A program made the translations under genes and the position numbers. A stretch of DNA of 63,471 nucleotides, the filler included, from Octopus bimaculoides (taxonomy: Eukaryota): the NCBI RefSeq assembly GCF_001194135.2. It is 6 parts of 6 records of this genome, joined end to end, with 100 filler letters (N's around TTAATTAATTAA, not from the genome) between each part and the next. Parts side by side here need not be neighbours in the genome. Positions count along the whole stretch, not along the records: positions 1 to 30,759 come from NC_068986.1; positions 30,860 to 44,692 come from NC_068993.1; 4 more parts are not named here. One strand, written 5' to 3'. The notes below the pieces were generated by a model. That model was not told the DNA's origin. It ran no database searches and worked only from the letters and a program-made list of their open reading frames with translations. Shown here piece by piece: positions 23,223-35,200 of the stretch (position 1 is the stretch's first letter; every line of letters starts with the position of its first letter).

Positions 23223-23819
23223 TTAACGTCCACTTTCCATGCTAGCATGGGTTGGACGATTTGACTGGGGACTGGCAAAGTGGGGGCTGGCAAAGTGGGG
23301 ACTGGCCAGTACAGGGGTACTGGCGTCCATCACGATCGGTTGGTGCTTTCTACATGCCACCGGCACAGGGGCCAGTCTGGCAGACCTGGCATCAACCATG
23401 TTTGGATGGTGCCTTTTACGTGCCATTGGCATGGGAGCCATTGGCAAAATGTCTTCTATCAGTGACTTAAATTTTGTATGTAAAACTGAGTGTAGACAGA
23501 AACTGTGTGGAAGCCTGTTTAAAAACAGACTTTACCTTTACCTGGCTGATAGACTTAACCTTTTACCTGATTTAACGACATAGACGTAACCTGTTACCTG
23601 GTTTAACAACATCACTAAACCCTTGACCCTTCTGTTAATGTTGAAGTGTAATTCGAGGGAGATTTGCCTGTTATTTCCAGCAGTTTGGCTGAGCAAGTAG
23701 AGCTTCTCTTCTTGACGTATTTCAGACATTGGAATTCTTTGAAAAGTTGGTCCTCTTTGGTTTCTGGCATTTTCTCTCAGTAAAAGCGGTTCTTGTATTT
23801 CTTCTTTCTTGATTTCCAG

Positions 23820-23880
23820 GACTGGTGAGTTAACGAACCGGTTGTCATCGGACACACAAGTTCTTCAAAATGCTGTCACT
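23820..23880 (+). CDS. ABCB-family half transporter, coding exon 5
   Basis: TTCCAG| (R)TGELTNRLSSDTQVLQNAVT |GTAAGT, the classic ABCB TGELxxRLxxD motif; not in the ORF track. Confidence 0.93.
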
Positions 23881-23980
23881 GTAAGTTGAAAGCTGTTCTT
23901 ATTTTGAGTTTAGTAGGAAAGGTTTAACCTTCATTTAGTCTCATGCGGAAGCGCTATAACTAATTGCATGTATACATGAG

Positions 23981-24020
<40 letters not shown>

Positions 24021-24661
24021 TGTGTGCACATAGTGTAATTATCCTCCTCCTCCTCCTCCTCCTCCTCCTCGTTTAAGGATGATGAACAAAACACCCATGT
24101 TTCCAAAGGTGAATTATCCAAACCACAAAGAATTCCTCTCAACAGATGGCTATGATGCTCCCGCACTACTTCTGCTCATGATCAGAGATGCACATATCGT
24201 CAGCCACCAAGGGACTGCTCAACTGGTTAAGGTCAAACAACTGACAAGCAAATCTGTGGTATTAAGCAGAATATTTGCTGTAGCCCATCTTTTATACCAA
24301 GACAAAACAATGTACATGATAACACTTCCAATCAATTAAGATCAGAAGCCATGAGAGCCACTGCCTGGTACTGCATCCGGGCATTTATTATCATTATTAC
24401 TATTATTATTATTATTACTATTATTATTATTATTATGTAAACAAGCATAAGTTTGATTTTAAAGCATTGAAATGTATTGTAGAACAAGTAGAAAGATAAA
24501 TCTTTTTCAACACGTAAATACTGAACAGTATATATAAAGGATAAAATCCTTTTTCACATCAGAAAAATTTTCCAGCATTGTTTACATATAACATAATCTA
24601 TGACATCTATCGTTTCTGGATGACTTTATAACTTCTAAAATTGCAGAAGAATTCGCCTTTC

Positions 24662-24733
24662 GGCAGTTTAGCTTAAAAGGTAGAGCACTCCAACCGGATA
24701 TTGGAGGGGTGTGAGTTCGATCCTCATGGCTGG
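24662..24733 (+). other. tRNA-like cloverleaf (pseudo-tRNA or orphan SINE head)
   Basis: AGCTTAAAAGGTAGAGC (D-arm-like), CTCCAA-CCGGATA-TTGGAG, GTGAG-TTCGATC-CTCAT; the acceptor stem pairs poorly. Confidence 0.3.
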
Positions 24734-24789
24734 TTGCCGGAAAATTTTTCTGTTCATTATTTACATGTTGGAAAAAATATATCTTTCTA

Positions 24790-24792
24790 TTA

Positions 24793-24838
<46 letters not shown>

Positions 24839-24840
24839 CA

Positions 24841-24919
<79 letters not shown>

Positions 24920-24921
24920 TT
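24790..24921. repeat. (TAT/CAT)n then (TATT)n microsatellite abutting an ABCB splice acceptor
   Basis: Read directly. Confidence 0.95.
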
Positions 24922-24925
24922 TAAG

Positions 24926-25061
24926 GTCAATATTTCAATGCTGTTGCGTTACATGCTTCAAATCATTGGTTCCTTGGCTGTGATGTTTGTCTTGAACCCC
25001 GCATTAACTGGTGTTTTACTCGGAGTAGTACCACTGGTATCATTTGGAGCCGTCCAGTATG
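24926..25061 (+). CDS. ABCB-family half transporter, coding exon 6
   Basis: TTAAG| VNISMLLRYMLQIIGSLAVMFVLNPALTGVLLGVVPLVSFGAVQY |GTAAG; phase 0 to 1. Confidence 0.92.
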
Positions 25062-25448
25062 GTAAGACCGCCGTTTCATTATCACTTGCCACACATACAG
25101 ATTTATTAAATTTCGTCATGCACACACGCACACACAAGTGCTCACACACACACACAGACACACATACACACACACAAGCACTTACACACACACATGCACA
25201 TGCACACACATACACAAGCATGTGCACACACACACACACATACTGTATATTATGGGCTTCTGCACAGTTTCCTCTCACCAAATTTTGCTCACAGAGCATC
25301 AACGAATCCAAGGTTGTGGTAGAAGACCACAGAGTTGCATAGACTGGAACGAAAAGCAAATACTCTGACAACCCATTTCTGTATGTAAACCTATTCAACA
25401 CTTGGCGCAGCAGTTCACAAAACTGAATTTTCTTCATTTCCCTTTCAG

Positions 25449-25637
25449 GTCATTACCTGAAGAAACTACGAAAGGCATTTCAAGACAACTTAGCTGAAGC
25501 TGGGACCGCAGCAGAAGAGTCAATCTCAAGCCTACGGACGGTGCGGTCATTTGCCTGTGAAAACAAAGTCCAGCAAGACTATGCTGGACACATCCAGAAT
25601 AGCTACAACATTGGGAAGAAATTATCCGCTGTCCAAG
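25449..25637 (+). CDS. ABCB-family half transporter, coding exon 7
   Basis: TTTCAG| GHYLKKLRKAFQDNLAEAGTAAEESISSLRTVRSFACE...KKLSAVQ |GTAAG; contains the EAA-like AEESISSLRTVRSF motif. Confidence 0.95.
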
Positions 25638-26540
25638 GTAAGCTGTAAGTTCTTTTGATATGTGCCATTTTGCGTGGGTGGGTAAGGCTTTGGTCGAAAC
25701 AGACAATGGAGCTCGATACGGTCCCCTGGTTTCATTAAGTCCTGTTAAAACCATCCGACCCATGCCAGTATGGAAGACAGACGTTGAATATGACGGTGGT
25801 GATGGTGGTGATGATGATGGCGATGATGGTGGTGGTGGTGGTGTTGATGACACTGATGGTGATGGTGATGGTGATGATGATGGTGGTGGTGGTGGTGGTG
25901 GTGGTGATGATGATGATGATGGTGATGGTGATGATGATGATGATGCTGCTGTAGCAGCAGCACACATTCGACAAGCTTCTACACAGTTTCTGGAAGTTTG
26001 TGTTCTTCGAACAACCGGATTCCAGCTTTGATGCCATTGCGTGGAACTGAACCAACGTCTTCTCTCAGGGTTTCATGTTGATCAAATCCCCTTGGTATTT
26101 GGTAGGCAGAAACTGTGTGGAAGCTTGTCGAATGTGTGTGTACCCCGGTACTTATTCTGTTGGTCTCTTTGGTTGAACCACAGTATTACAGGGACGTAAA
26201 CAAACCAACACTGGGTGTCAAGCACTGGTGGTGAACAAGCACAAACACCCACACATCCACACACACACACACATGTGACAGGCTTCTTTCAGTTTCCGTC
26301 CACCAAATCTACTACTCACAAGGCTTTGGTTGCCATGGGTCTAGAGTAGAAGACATCTGTTCAAGGTGTCACTTAGTGGGACCGAACCCAGAACCATGTG
26401 GTCGGAAAGCAAGCTTCTTATCACACAGCCAAGTGTGTCCCTATAATAAATAAATGATAATCAAACAGGAAAATCCTGGCAACGATCCCGGTACCCCTCG
26501 CATACTACGCGTGCACTCTACCTCTGGAACTAATCCGCAC

Positions 26541-26590
26541 GAGTTACTTCCCTTTACGCTAGCTTGACTAGCTGTAAAGGGGCATAACTC
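26541..26590. repeat. 50-nt hairpin with Helentron/HINE-like subterminal repeat sequence
   Basis: GAGTTACTTCCCTTTA ... TAAAGGGGCATAACTC with an inner GCTAG/CTAGC stem. The family assignment is from memory. Confidence 0.45.
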
Positions 26591-26809
26591 TTACTGAACT
26601 AAACCCCCACAATTCCTTCATTCTGTTGCATCACGTTAATTACCTACATAGTTGTAGTAGACTGTCTGTCCCTTTACATAACTAGATATTGATCTAATCT
26701 CCAATGGGTTAATTTATACAAACATGAAACAAAATACTAACTTTGAAATATATATTTTCACGGAGTATAACTAACTGTATTCACCTTCGCAAATGAAACG
26801 CATTTATTA

Positions 26810-26856
<47 letters not shown>

Positions 26857-27247
26857 GTAGATAATATTAGGACTGCTATAACTCCTCTGGAAGGAATATG
26901 TAAATAAAGAAGAAGAGTTCCATAATTAAATTTGCTGAACGATATTTCGGTATCTTGTGTACCTTCAACACATTTCTCTCACAATTGCTCTCTCAGCCCT
27001 TCTCCAAATTGCCATCTCTCTCTCCCTCAGACACCATGTCTCTCTCCCATACAGCATTGCAGCTCTCACACAACTCCTATAGACCTTTCCTTTCATTCTC
27101 TTATCGACCTTTTCTTTCATCTTCTTATAGCCCTTTCCTTTCATCTAGTCTGTCCAGACAACACATTCCCTCTCTGCTTCATATTACTAACAGTGTTTCT
27201 TTTACAGTGATGATTTTTTTACTGATATAAAATTTCTCTCTTTGCAG

Positions 27248-27358
27248 GAACACTTGATGGCACTGTAGGCTTTATATCTTATGCAGCCATTTGCCTTGTA
27301 CTATGGTATGGAGGAAAATTAGTTAACGAGAAAACTGTCTCACCTGGACTATTGACAT
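27248..27358 (+). CDS. ABCB-family half transporter, coding exon 8
   Basis: TTTGCAG| GTLDGTVGFISYAAICLVLWYGGKLVNEKTVSPGLLT |GTAAGT. Confidence 0.93.
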
Positions 27359-28080
27359 GTAAGTTTGATTCTGGTATACTTCACTGATGTCCTATTTTTT
27401 TGTAAGTCAACGTTCTTATTTTATCTGAACCAAATGCTTATCTCACAACAAACCGTATAAATATGAAATGAATATCTTGACTAAACAGACTATCTTCTTA
27501 AGTAATTGGAAGAGATTTTGTTGACAGATGAGGAGTGAGTTTGATATGCAGTGTACACACAAACATATACATATGCATATATACATACATACATACATAC
27601 ATATATATATATATATNNNNNNNNNNTCCGCTTTCCATGCTGGCATGAGCTCACACACACACACACACACACACATATATACAATGGGCTTCTTTCAGTT
27701 TCTGTCTACCAAATCCACTCACAAGGCTTTAATCGGCCTGAGGCTATAGTAGAAGACATTTCCCCAATGTGCCATGCAGTGGGACTGAACCCAGAACCAT
27801 GTGGTTGGGAAGCAAACTTCTTACCACACAGCCACACCCACACCTATATGTTGAATTTAGTCTAAATAATTAACAATTAATTGGTTTCCAAAGGTACTGA
27901 GTGGTGGCTGAGGTGGTTACATTGATATGATATATAGTGTAAGGGGTGCAGTCATGGCTGTGGGGTTAAGATGTTCACTTCCCAAGCACATGGTTTCAGG
28001 TTCAGTCCCACTTTGTGGTACTTTGCGAAGGTTTCTTCTATTGTAGCCCCCTGGCTGACCAAAGCCTTGTGAATGATAGT

Positions 28081-28203
28081 GTAAATAGACACAGGAAGAA
28101 CCCTGTCATGTGTGTGTGTGTGTGTATTTTGTAAATAGACACAGGAAGAACCCTGTCATGTGTGTGTGTGTGTGTATTTTGTAAATAGACACAGGAAGAA
28201 CCC
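28081..28203. repeat. 50-bp tandem repeat, about 2.5 copies
   Basis: GTAAATAGACACAGGAAGAACCC at 28081, 28131 and 28181. Confidence 0.9.
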
Positions 28204-28541
28204 CCTTGTGTGTGTGTGTATGCTTCTGTATTTTGACATTATGCGATAATTGTAAACGAGCGTCACTGTCATACAAGCAGTGTTGTTCGTTTCAAACATT
28301 CAGTGAGATTATGTTTGACCATGGAGGAATATTACCTTGCTTGGAAACAGGTGAGCGTTGGTGACAGGAAGGGCATCCAGCTGTAGAACAACAAATTCCA
28401 TCTGCCTCAACAAATTCCATCTGAGCCCCGAGGTCGACTTTGCCTTTCATCCTTTCAGGATCGATAAATTAAGTACCAGTTGCATACTAGGGTCGATCTA
28501 ATCGACTGACCCCTTCCTCCAAAATTTCAGGCCTTGTGCCT

Positions 28542-28760
28542 AAGGCGGCGAGCTGGCAGAATCGTTAGCACACCTGGCAAAATGCTTAGCAGTATTTCGT
28601 CTGTCTTTACATTTTGAGTTCAAATTCCGCCAAGGTTGACTTTGCCTTTCATCCTTCCAGAATCGATAAATTAAGTACCAGTTGCATACTGGAGTCGATC
28701 TAATCGATTGGCCCCCTTCCCCCAAAATTTCAGGCCTTGTGTCTACAGTAGAAAGGATTA
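28542..28760 (+). mobile_element. SINE family B variant, preceded by a partial copy (28425-28541)
   Basis: Motif alignment with the other family-B copies. Confidence 0.8.
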
Positions 28761-28869
28761 TAATGTAATATTTTGTTATCCTGAATTGTATAAAAAAGTA
28801 GTGAATTCTTGTAGAAATTTAATGAATATTGTGTATTTTTTTTTATTATGTTTTTACTGTTTCTTGCAG

Positions 28870-28943
28870 CATTTCTATTGTATACCTTACAAGTGGCAAT
28901 GGCTTTTGCATTTTTGTCATCACTCTATGGAGATTTCATGCAA
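28870..28943 (+). CDS. ABCB-family half transporter, coding exon 9
   Basis: TTGCAG| SFLLYTLQVAMAFAFLSSLYGDFMQ |GTAAGT; phase 1 to 0. Confidence 0.93.
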
Positions 28944-29157
28944 GTAAGTTGTATATTTTGTGTATCGAGTGGTTAACTGTGTTTGATATCCAAGAAAGTT
29001 AGGGGTTGTGAATCCAACCCACTAAGGGATAATATCTATCCAATATACTGCCAGAAGAATACCCAATTATTATTACAATAGTGTTTTTTTCTTTGTATTA
29101 CCGAGTGCAATAAATGGGTGTGGGTAAAAAGATATTTTACTCTTAATTTATATAGCA

Positions 29158-29408
29158 ATAAGAAAATGGAGGGGAATAGGTGGTATTCATCAACTTGCAG
29201 ACATTGTATTGTGTCAATTTACTTGTTTATTTGTTTACTAAAAGGACAATAACAACAATATACAAACACATGTGACATATTATGTCATATCAGTAATTAA
29301 AAAAGGACATCTAGTGACCGAAAATGGGACAATGACTTACAGCTGTTTCAGTCTAGAGGTGACATGCCTCAGTTGATGAATACCACCTATTCCCCTCCAT
29401 TTTCTTAT
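29158..29408. repeat. Perfect 38-bp inverted repeat (29158-29195 / 29371-29408), 175-bp spacer
   Basis: ATAAGAAAATGGAGGGGAATAGGTGGTATTCATCAACT and its exact reverse complement; the right arm ends at an N gap. Confidence 0.9.
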
Positions 29409-29774
29409 NNNNNNNNNNNNNNNNNNNNNNNNNNNNNNNNNNNNNNNNNNNNNNNNNNNNNNNNNNNNNNNNNNNNNNNNNNNNNNNNNNNNNNNNNNNN
29501 NNNNNNNNNNNNNNNNNNNNNNNNNNNNNNNNNNNNNNNNNNNNNNNNNNNNNNNNNNNNNNNNNNNNNNNNNNNNNNNNNNNNNNNNNNNNNNNNNNNN
29601 NNNNNNNNNNNNNNNNNNNNNNNNNNNNNNNNNNNNNNNNNNNNNNNNNNNNNNNNNNNNNNNNNNNNNNNNNNNNNNNNNNNNNNNNNNNNNNNNNNNN
29701 NNNNNNNNNNNNNNNNNNNNNNNNNNNNNNNNNNNNNNNNNNNNNNNNNNNNNNNNNNNNNNNNNNNNNNNNNN

Positions 29775-29819
<45 letters not shown>

Positions 29820-30020
29820 TACACATATACGACTCGCTTCTTTCAGTTTCTGTCTACCAAATTCACTCACAAGGCTTTGGTCGGCCTGAGACTATAGTAG
29901 AAGACACTTGCCCAAAGTGCCATGCAGTGGGACCGAACCTGGAATCATGTGATTGGGAAGCAAGCCACTTACTACACAGCCTATGTTTGTTTTTCAACAA
30001 TATCTGCCTTTTATTTGTAG

Positions 30021-30114
30021 GCTGTGGGAGCATCTTCAAGAGTCTTTGAACTGCTTGATAGGGAACCTTTAATTTCCATGGAGACAGGGGTTTGCCCAGA
30101 TAAAATTGATGGAG
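30021..30114 (+). CDS. ABCB-family half transporter, coding exon 10 (end of TMD and linker; gene incomplete)
   Basis: TTTGTAG| AVGASSRVFELLDREPLISMETGVCPDKIDG |GTAAGA; no Walker A/B or LSGGQ exon found downstream. Confidence 0.93.
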
Positions 30115-30557
30115 GTAAGAATTCTTTTTTAATCATCATTTTGGGTTGCTAGAAAAGTTAAATCATGAGGCAAAGTACCTTGTGGTATTTGTTCAGGTCG
30201 ATTACATTCTGAGTTCAAATCCTGCCAGGGTCAGATTTGTCTTTCGTTCTTCTTGGGTCAATGGAATAAAGCACCAATCAAGTATTGGGTCAGTGATATC
30301 AATTAAAACCCCTCCCCTCAAATCTGATGGCATTGACACTAAATCAGAAACTGTCAGAATCATTTCAGTGCAGGACAAAATATTCAGCAGCATTTCTTCT
30401 CACTCTTCATGTTCTGAGTTCAAATTCTGCTGAAGTCAAGTTTGCAATTCATCCTTTTGGGGATTCCTAACCTAAGTACCAGTTAAGCAGTGGGGTCAGT
30501 GTCATCAACTAATCCTCTCCCACAAAATTTCAGGCCTTGTGCCTTTAATGGAAGGGA

Positions 30558-30630
<73 letters not shown>

Positions 30631-30759
30631 TATTGAGTGAGAGAGCAGTGCATGCCATCAAAGTGACACTGGGGTAAAATATATGAAGCCCAATATACCC
30701 ATCATGACTACCTGTCTGATAAGGGTACACCAGGCACATACATCACAACCATATGTGCG

Positions 30760-30859
30760 NNNNNNNNNNNNNNNNNNNNNNNNNNNNNNNNNNNNNNNNN
30801 NNNTTAATTAATTAANNNNNNNNNNNNNNNNNNNNNNNNNNNNNNNNNNNNNNNNNNNN
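30760..30859. other. Artificial scaffold-join spacer (44 N + TTAATTAATTAA + 44 N)
   Basis: The same 100-bp layout occurs five times; the 12-mer gives stops in all six frames. Confidence 0.95.
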
Positions 30860-30891
<32 letters not shown>

Positions 30892-30937
30892 CATATGTAT
30901 GTATGTGAATGGTTGGCGAGTTTTTCCCTCTGGCTCC

Positions 30938-30974
30938 TGTTTCTGAAGAAGAGTTTTGCTCGAAACATAAGACC
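30938..30974 (+). ncRNA. Degenerate minimal type I hammerhead-like motif (second repeat family)
   Basis: TGTTT CTGAAGA A GAGT-TTT-GCTC GAA ACAT A AGACC; stem III reads ACAT rather than a palindrome and stem I is imperfect. Confidence 0.4.
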
Positions 30975-31599
30975 ACCTTTCTTTCTTTCTTTCCCTGAGC
31001 GTCTGCTAATACTTTACATGTACCGCGTCCACGCATTGTGAGTTTTCTCGTTAAATATATGTATCCTTGTTCTCTTTGTTTTTACTGCAGTTAATCTTTT
31101 GCAAAACTGGGGTCTTAGAAAAAAATGTTAGCGCATATTGGAATTGGGGAAAGACAGTGCGTGCATTATTAAGCGAAAAATTTAGGTGACTTAGATGCGG
31201 TTTAATGTTGTTGTCAGTATATTCAAATTTTTGTAGCGGCTAGAGTAGATTATGCTAGGTGTTTCTAGTAGCCCATTTCTTGCATTCTCCTTTGAGATAG
31301 AGTATATAGAAGTAAAAAAAAGCTTCATGCATCTGGTGAGAAAACATACCGGTCAGATGCAGGATATTCGTAATTTTGCGTAAAATACATCCCATGTGCT
31401 TTCGAAACAATTGTAGTGCTCTACGATCTCTCTATAACCCCTTATTCAGACATACACAAACGCACACACTCGCACGCACACACACACACTCACACCTACA
31501 TATGTATTTGTCTATGTGTTTATGTGTGTGTGTGTGTCAGTCAGTCATGTATAAATACTATTGTTTTAACTCATGATATATAAGAAAGCATTTCATTAA

Positions 31600-31675
31600 T
31601 GTCTACTTTTTCTTTATTTTTCAGGTAAGTATATATGCAAGAATTTACTCCATTTATTTCCAAGTACAGGTAATG
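31600..31675 (+). other. Juxtaposed 3'/5' splice sites (recursive-splice-site-like)
   Basis: CTACTTTTTCTTTATTTTTCAG|GTAAGT at 31624/31625; second CAG|GTAATG at 31669/31670. Confidence 0.35.
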
Positions 31676-33562
31676 TCTCGCAACATTTTTCATTAATTAT
31701 CGGAATAATACAATATTAATATGGCCACACTTAATTACTTGCACAATCATTGACACTCGCACAAATACAACGTGAATATACCGTGACTTAGAAGCTGTCA
31801 AACGAAGAATACACTGAGAGCAGCGAGTAACAGTTGAGGAAATAAATAGAAAGAGAAGGGAAGGAACCGGTGTATGAGACATAAATTAGAAAAAAAAAAG
31901 CAGAAAGAACGGTATATAATAATGATATAATAACATTGTTATTATAACATCATTATAATGTTATATAACATTAATAGCGTGGAGAGAGGAGGGTTGTATG
32001 CATAGGCGACTGCTGGTCTTCTGCAAAGCAACCTTGCCTCGAAGGATAACTTTCCAGGTACAATCCGATGGTCATTCTTGACCGAAGGAGTTTTATGTAA
32101 TATATATTCATAAATATATGTGAAATATAATCATAAAATGATATATGTGTGAGGAGGATGCGTGCGTGTGTGTGTATACATGTATATAAAGAATGCAAGC
32201 GTGTGTATATATATATATATACACGCGCTTGCATGATTATATACATCCACGCACCGACACATATTTGTGTGTAAGAGAGGGTTCTTGTCTATGGCGGTCT
32301 AGGGACTGTGTTCATATAATCATCATGCGAAAGACATTCCAAATCCCGAGTTCCATGCACACAACAGTATAAAGCCATGAACAGGATAAAAAGTAATATA
32401 TATNNNNNNNNNNNNNNNNNNNNNNNNNNNNNNNNNNNNNNNNNNNNNNNNNNNNNNNNNNNNNNNNNNNNNNNNNNNNNNNNNNNNNNNNNNNNNNNNN
32501 NNNNNNNNNNNNNNNNNNNNNNNNNNNNNNNNNNNNNNNNNNNNNNNNNNNNNNNNNNNNNNNNNNNNNNNNNNNNNNNNNNNNNNNNNNNNNNNNNNNN
32601 NNNNNNNNNNNNNNNNNNNNNNNNNNNNNNNNNNNNNNNNNNNNNNNNNNNNNNNNNNNNNNNNNNNNNNNNNNNNNNNNNNNNNNNNNNNNNNNNNNNN
32701 NNNNNNNNNNNNNNNNNNNNNNNNNNNNNNNNNNNNNNNNNNNNNNNNNNNNNNNNNNNNNNNNNNNNNNNNNNNNNNNNNNNNNNNNNNNNNNNNNNNN
32801 NNNNNNNATATATATATATATATATGCATATTGTGTGTGTGTATGTATGATTCTGCTATAGTACAGAAACTGAAATATTTACGTTCTGTCCCTTCTATTT
32901 CGAAGTAGTGTATTTTATTCTCACATTGTCAAGATTTATACAGCTCTTTTATATGGACGATTTAGAGCAATTTGCAATGGAATGTATATAGTTAACAAAT
33001 CAATAAACGGCCACATCAGGCAATAAATTTTGACACTCGATATTACATTTCGCAGAATATCGACATATATGCACACAATTCTATATATGTATGTATTTAT
33101 GTATGTATGCGTGTACGTGTGCGTATATTTGTATGCATATATANNNNNNNNNNNNNNNNNNNNNNNNNNNNNNNNNNNNNNNNNNNNNNNNNNNNNNNNN
33201 NNNNNNNNNNNNNNNNNNNNNNNNNNNNNNNNNNNNNNNNNNNNNNNNNNNNNNNNNNNNNNNNNNNNNNNNNNNNNNNNNNNNNNNNNNNNNNNNNNNN
33301 NNNNNNNNNNNNNNNNNNNNNNNNNNNNNNNNNNNNNNNNNNNNNNNNNNNNNNNNNNNNNNNNNNNNNNNNNNNNNNNNNNNNNNNNNNNNNNNNNNNN
33401 NNNNNNNNNNNNNNNNNNNNNNNNNNNNNNNNNNNNNNNNNNNNNNNNNNNNNNNNNNNNNNNNNNNNNNNNNNNNNNNNNNNNNNNNNNNNNNNNNNNN
33501 NNNNNNNNNNNNNNNNNNNNNNNNNNNNNNNNNNNNNNNNNNNNNNNNNNNNNNNNNNNNNN

Positions 33563-33625
<63 letters not shown>

Positions 33626-34299
33626 AGTGTATACCCACGACACATACATGCAGAAATATGCTGTGTGTGTGTAGTGGGAGTGAATGGGAGAAAGATACAC
33701 GTAAATATACGTTAGAGAGAGAGAGAAAGAAAGAAAGAGGAGAGTATGGCCGACAGACAGACAAATGGATATATTGATAGACAGACAGACAGATAGATAG
33801 ATAGATAGGTAGGTAGACAAATAGATAGGTAGACAGACAGACTGAGAAACAGACAGACAGGCAGGGAGCAAGACAGTTTGATATATATATATATAGAGAG
33901 AGAGATAGATAGATAGAGAGAAACGGTGAAAGACTTCGTACTACACTGATTTCCCTATTAATAATATTGTCACATTCAGACAACAAATCATTTTCGCGTT
34001 TCTATTCGAAGACTTTGAAAACGATGTTAAAGAACAAACATTATGCGTAGGCCAGGGATTATTCTTTCTTTGGTCTACTTTAATCCAGCACCACACATAT
34101 TTTTATCCATTGTATTACTGTAATTCCCATCCCGTCGATTATTCATCGAAATTCTAAGAAATATTCCTCCGTCCTTTGCAATTGCTATTTCTAAACCGTT
34201 CGTTTTTTCTCCTCTCGCCGCGCATAGAAGAATGTACGCAAGAAAGCTCGTCTCGAATAAAGAAAAAAAAAAAAAACGAAATTAGAGAAATAACTTGAC

Positions 34300-34466
34300 G
34301 ACAGTAATAAAATATTTAATGATAATAATGATGATGATGATATTGATAATAATAAGCTACAGCTACAGCAATAATAATATTGATAACAATAACAAAATCA
34401 ATAGCAATAATAATGATAATAATAACTACAATAATAACAACACATCGACAGCAGCAGCAGCAACAG

Positions 34467-34526
<60 letters not shown>

Positions 34527-35200
34527 TTTCTTGTTGCAACAAGCATGGCGCATGAGTCGACATTAAAAGGATCACTCAGAAAAGGGTGGCGGAGTTGGGG
34601 TTTTACAGAAGGAAATACGGGAAAAAAAGTTTAATAATTAAAATCCATGATGATGTTATGATCATCATTAAGTAGTAGTAGTAGTAGTAATAGTAGTAGT
34701 AGTTTGCGGTTGATGATGGTGTTGAAGCTGAGGATGATGATGATGATGATGATAATGATGATACAAAGATTACTACGGTGATAGTGAGGATGGTGATAAT
34801 GGTGCGTGTGGCGATAGGAGGAGGTGGAAGAAGAAGATGGTGATGGTGATGATGAAGATGAAGAAGAAGGCGAAGAAGTTAGTGATGATGATGCTGATGA
34901 TGAATACGAAGAAGAAGAAGGCAAAGATGATGATAATGAAGACGAAGAAAAAGAGGGCGAAGATGATGATGATGATGAAGACGGAGAAGATAAAGACGAA
35001 GAAGAAAAAGGCGAAGAAGATGATGATAATGAAGATGATGATGATGAAGACGATGAAGACGAAGAAGGTGAAGAAGACGATGATGAGGAAGACGAAGAAG
35101 AAGATGATGAAGACGATGATGATGATGAATACGACGGCGGCGACGACGACGAAGAAGAAGAACAACAACAACAACTGCAAGAAGTAGAAGAAGAAGAAGC
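34300..35200. repeat. Compound degenerate trinucleotide tracts (AAT, AGC, AGT, GAT/GAA/GAC)
   Basis: Low-complexity sequence with ORFs open in several frames on both strands. Confidence 0.8.
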
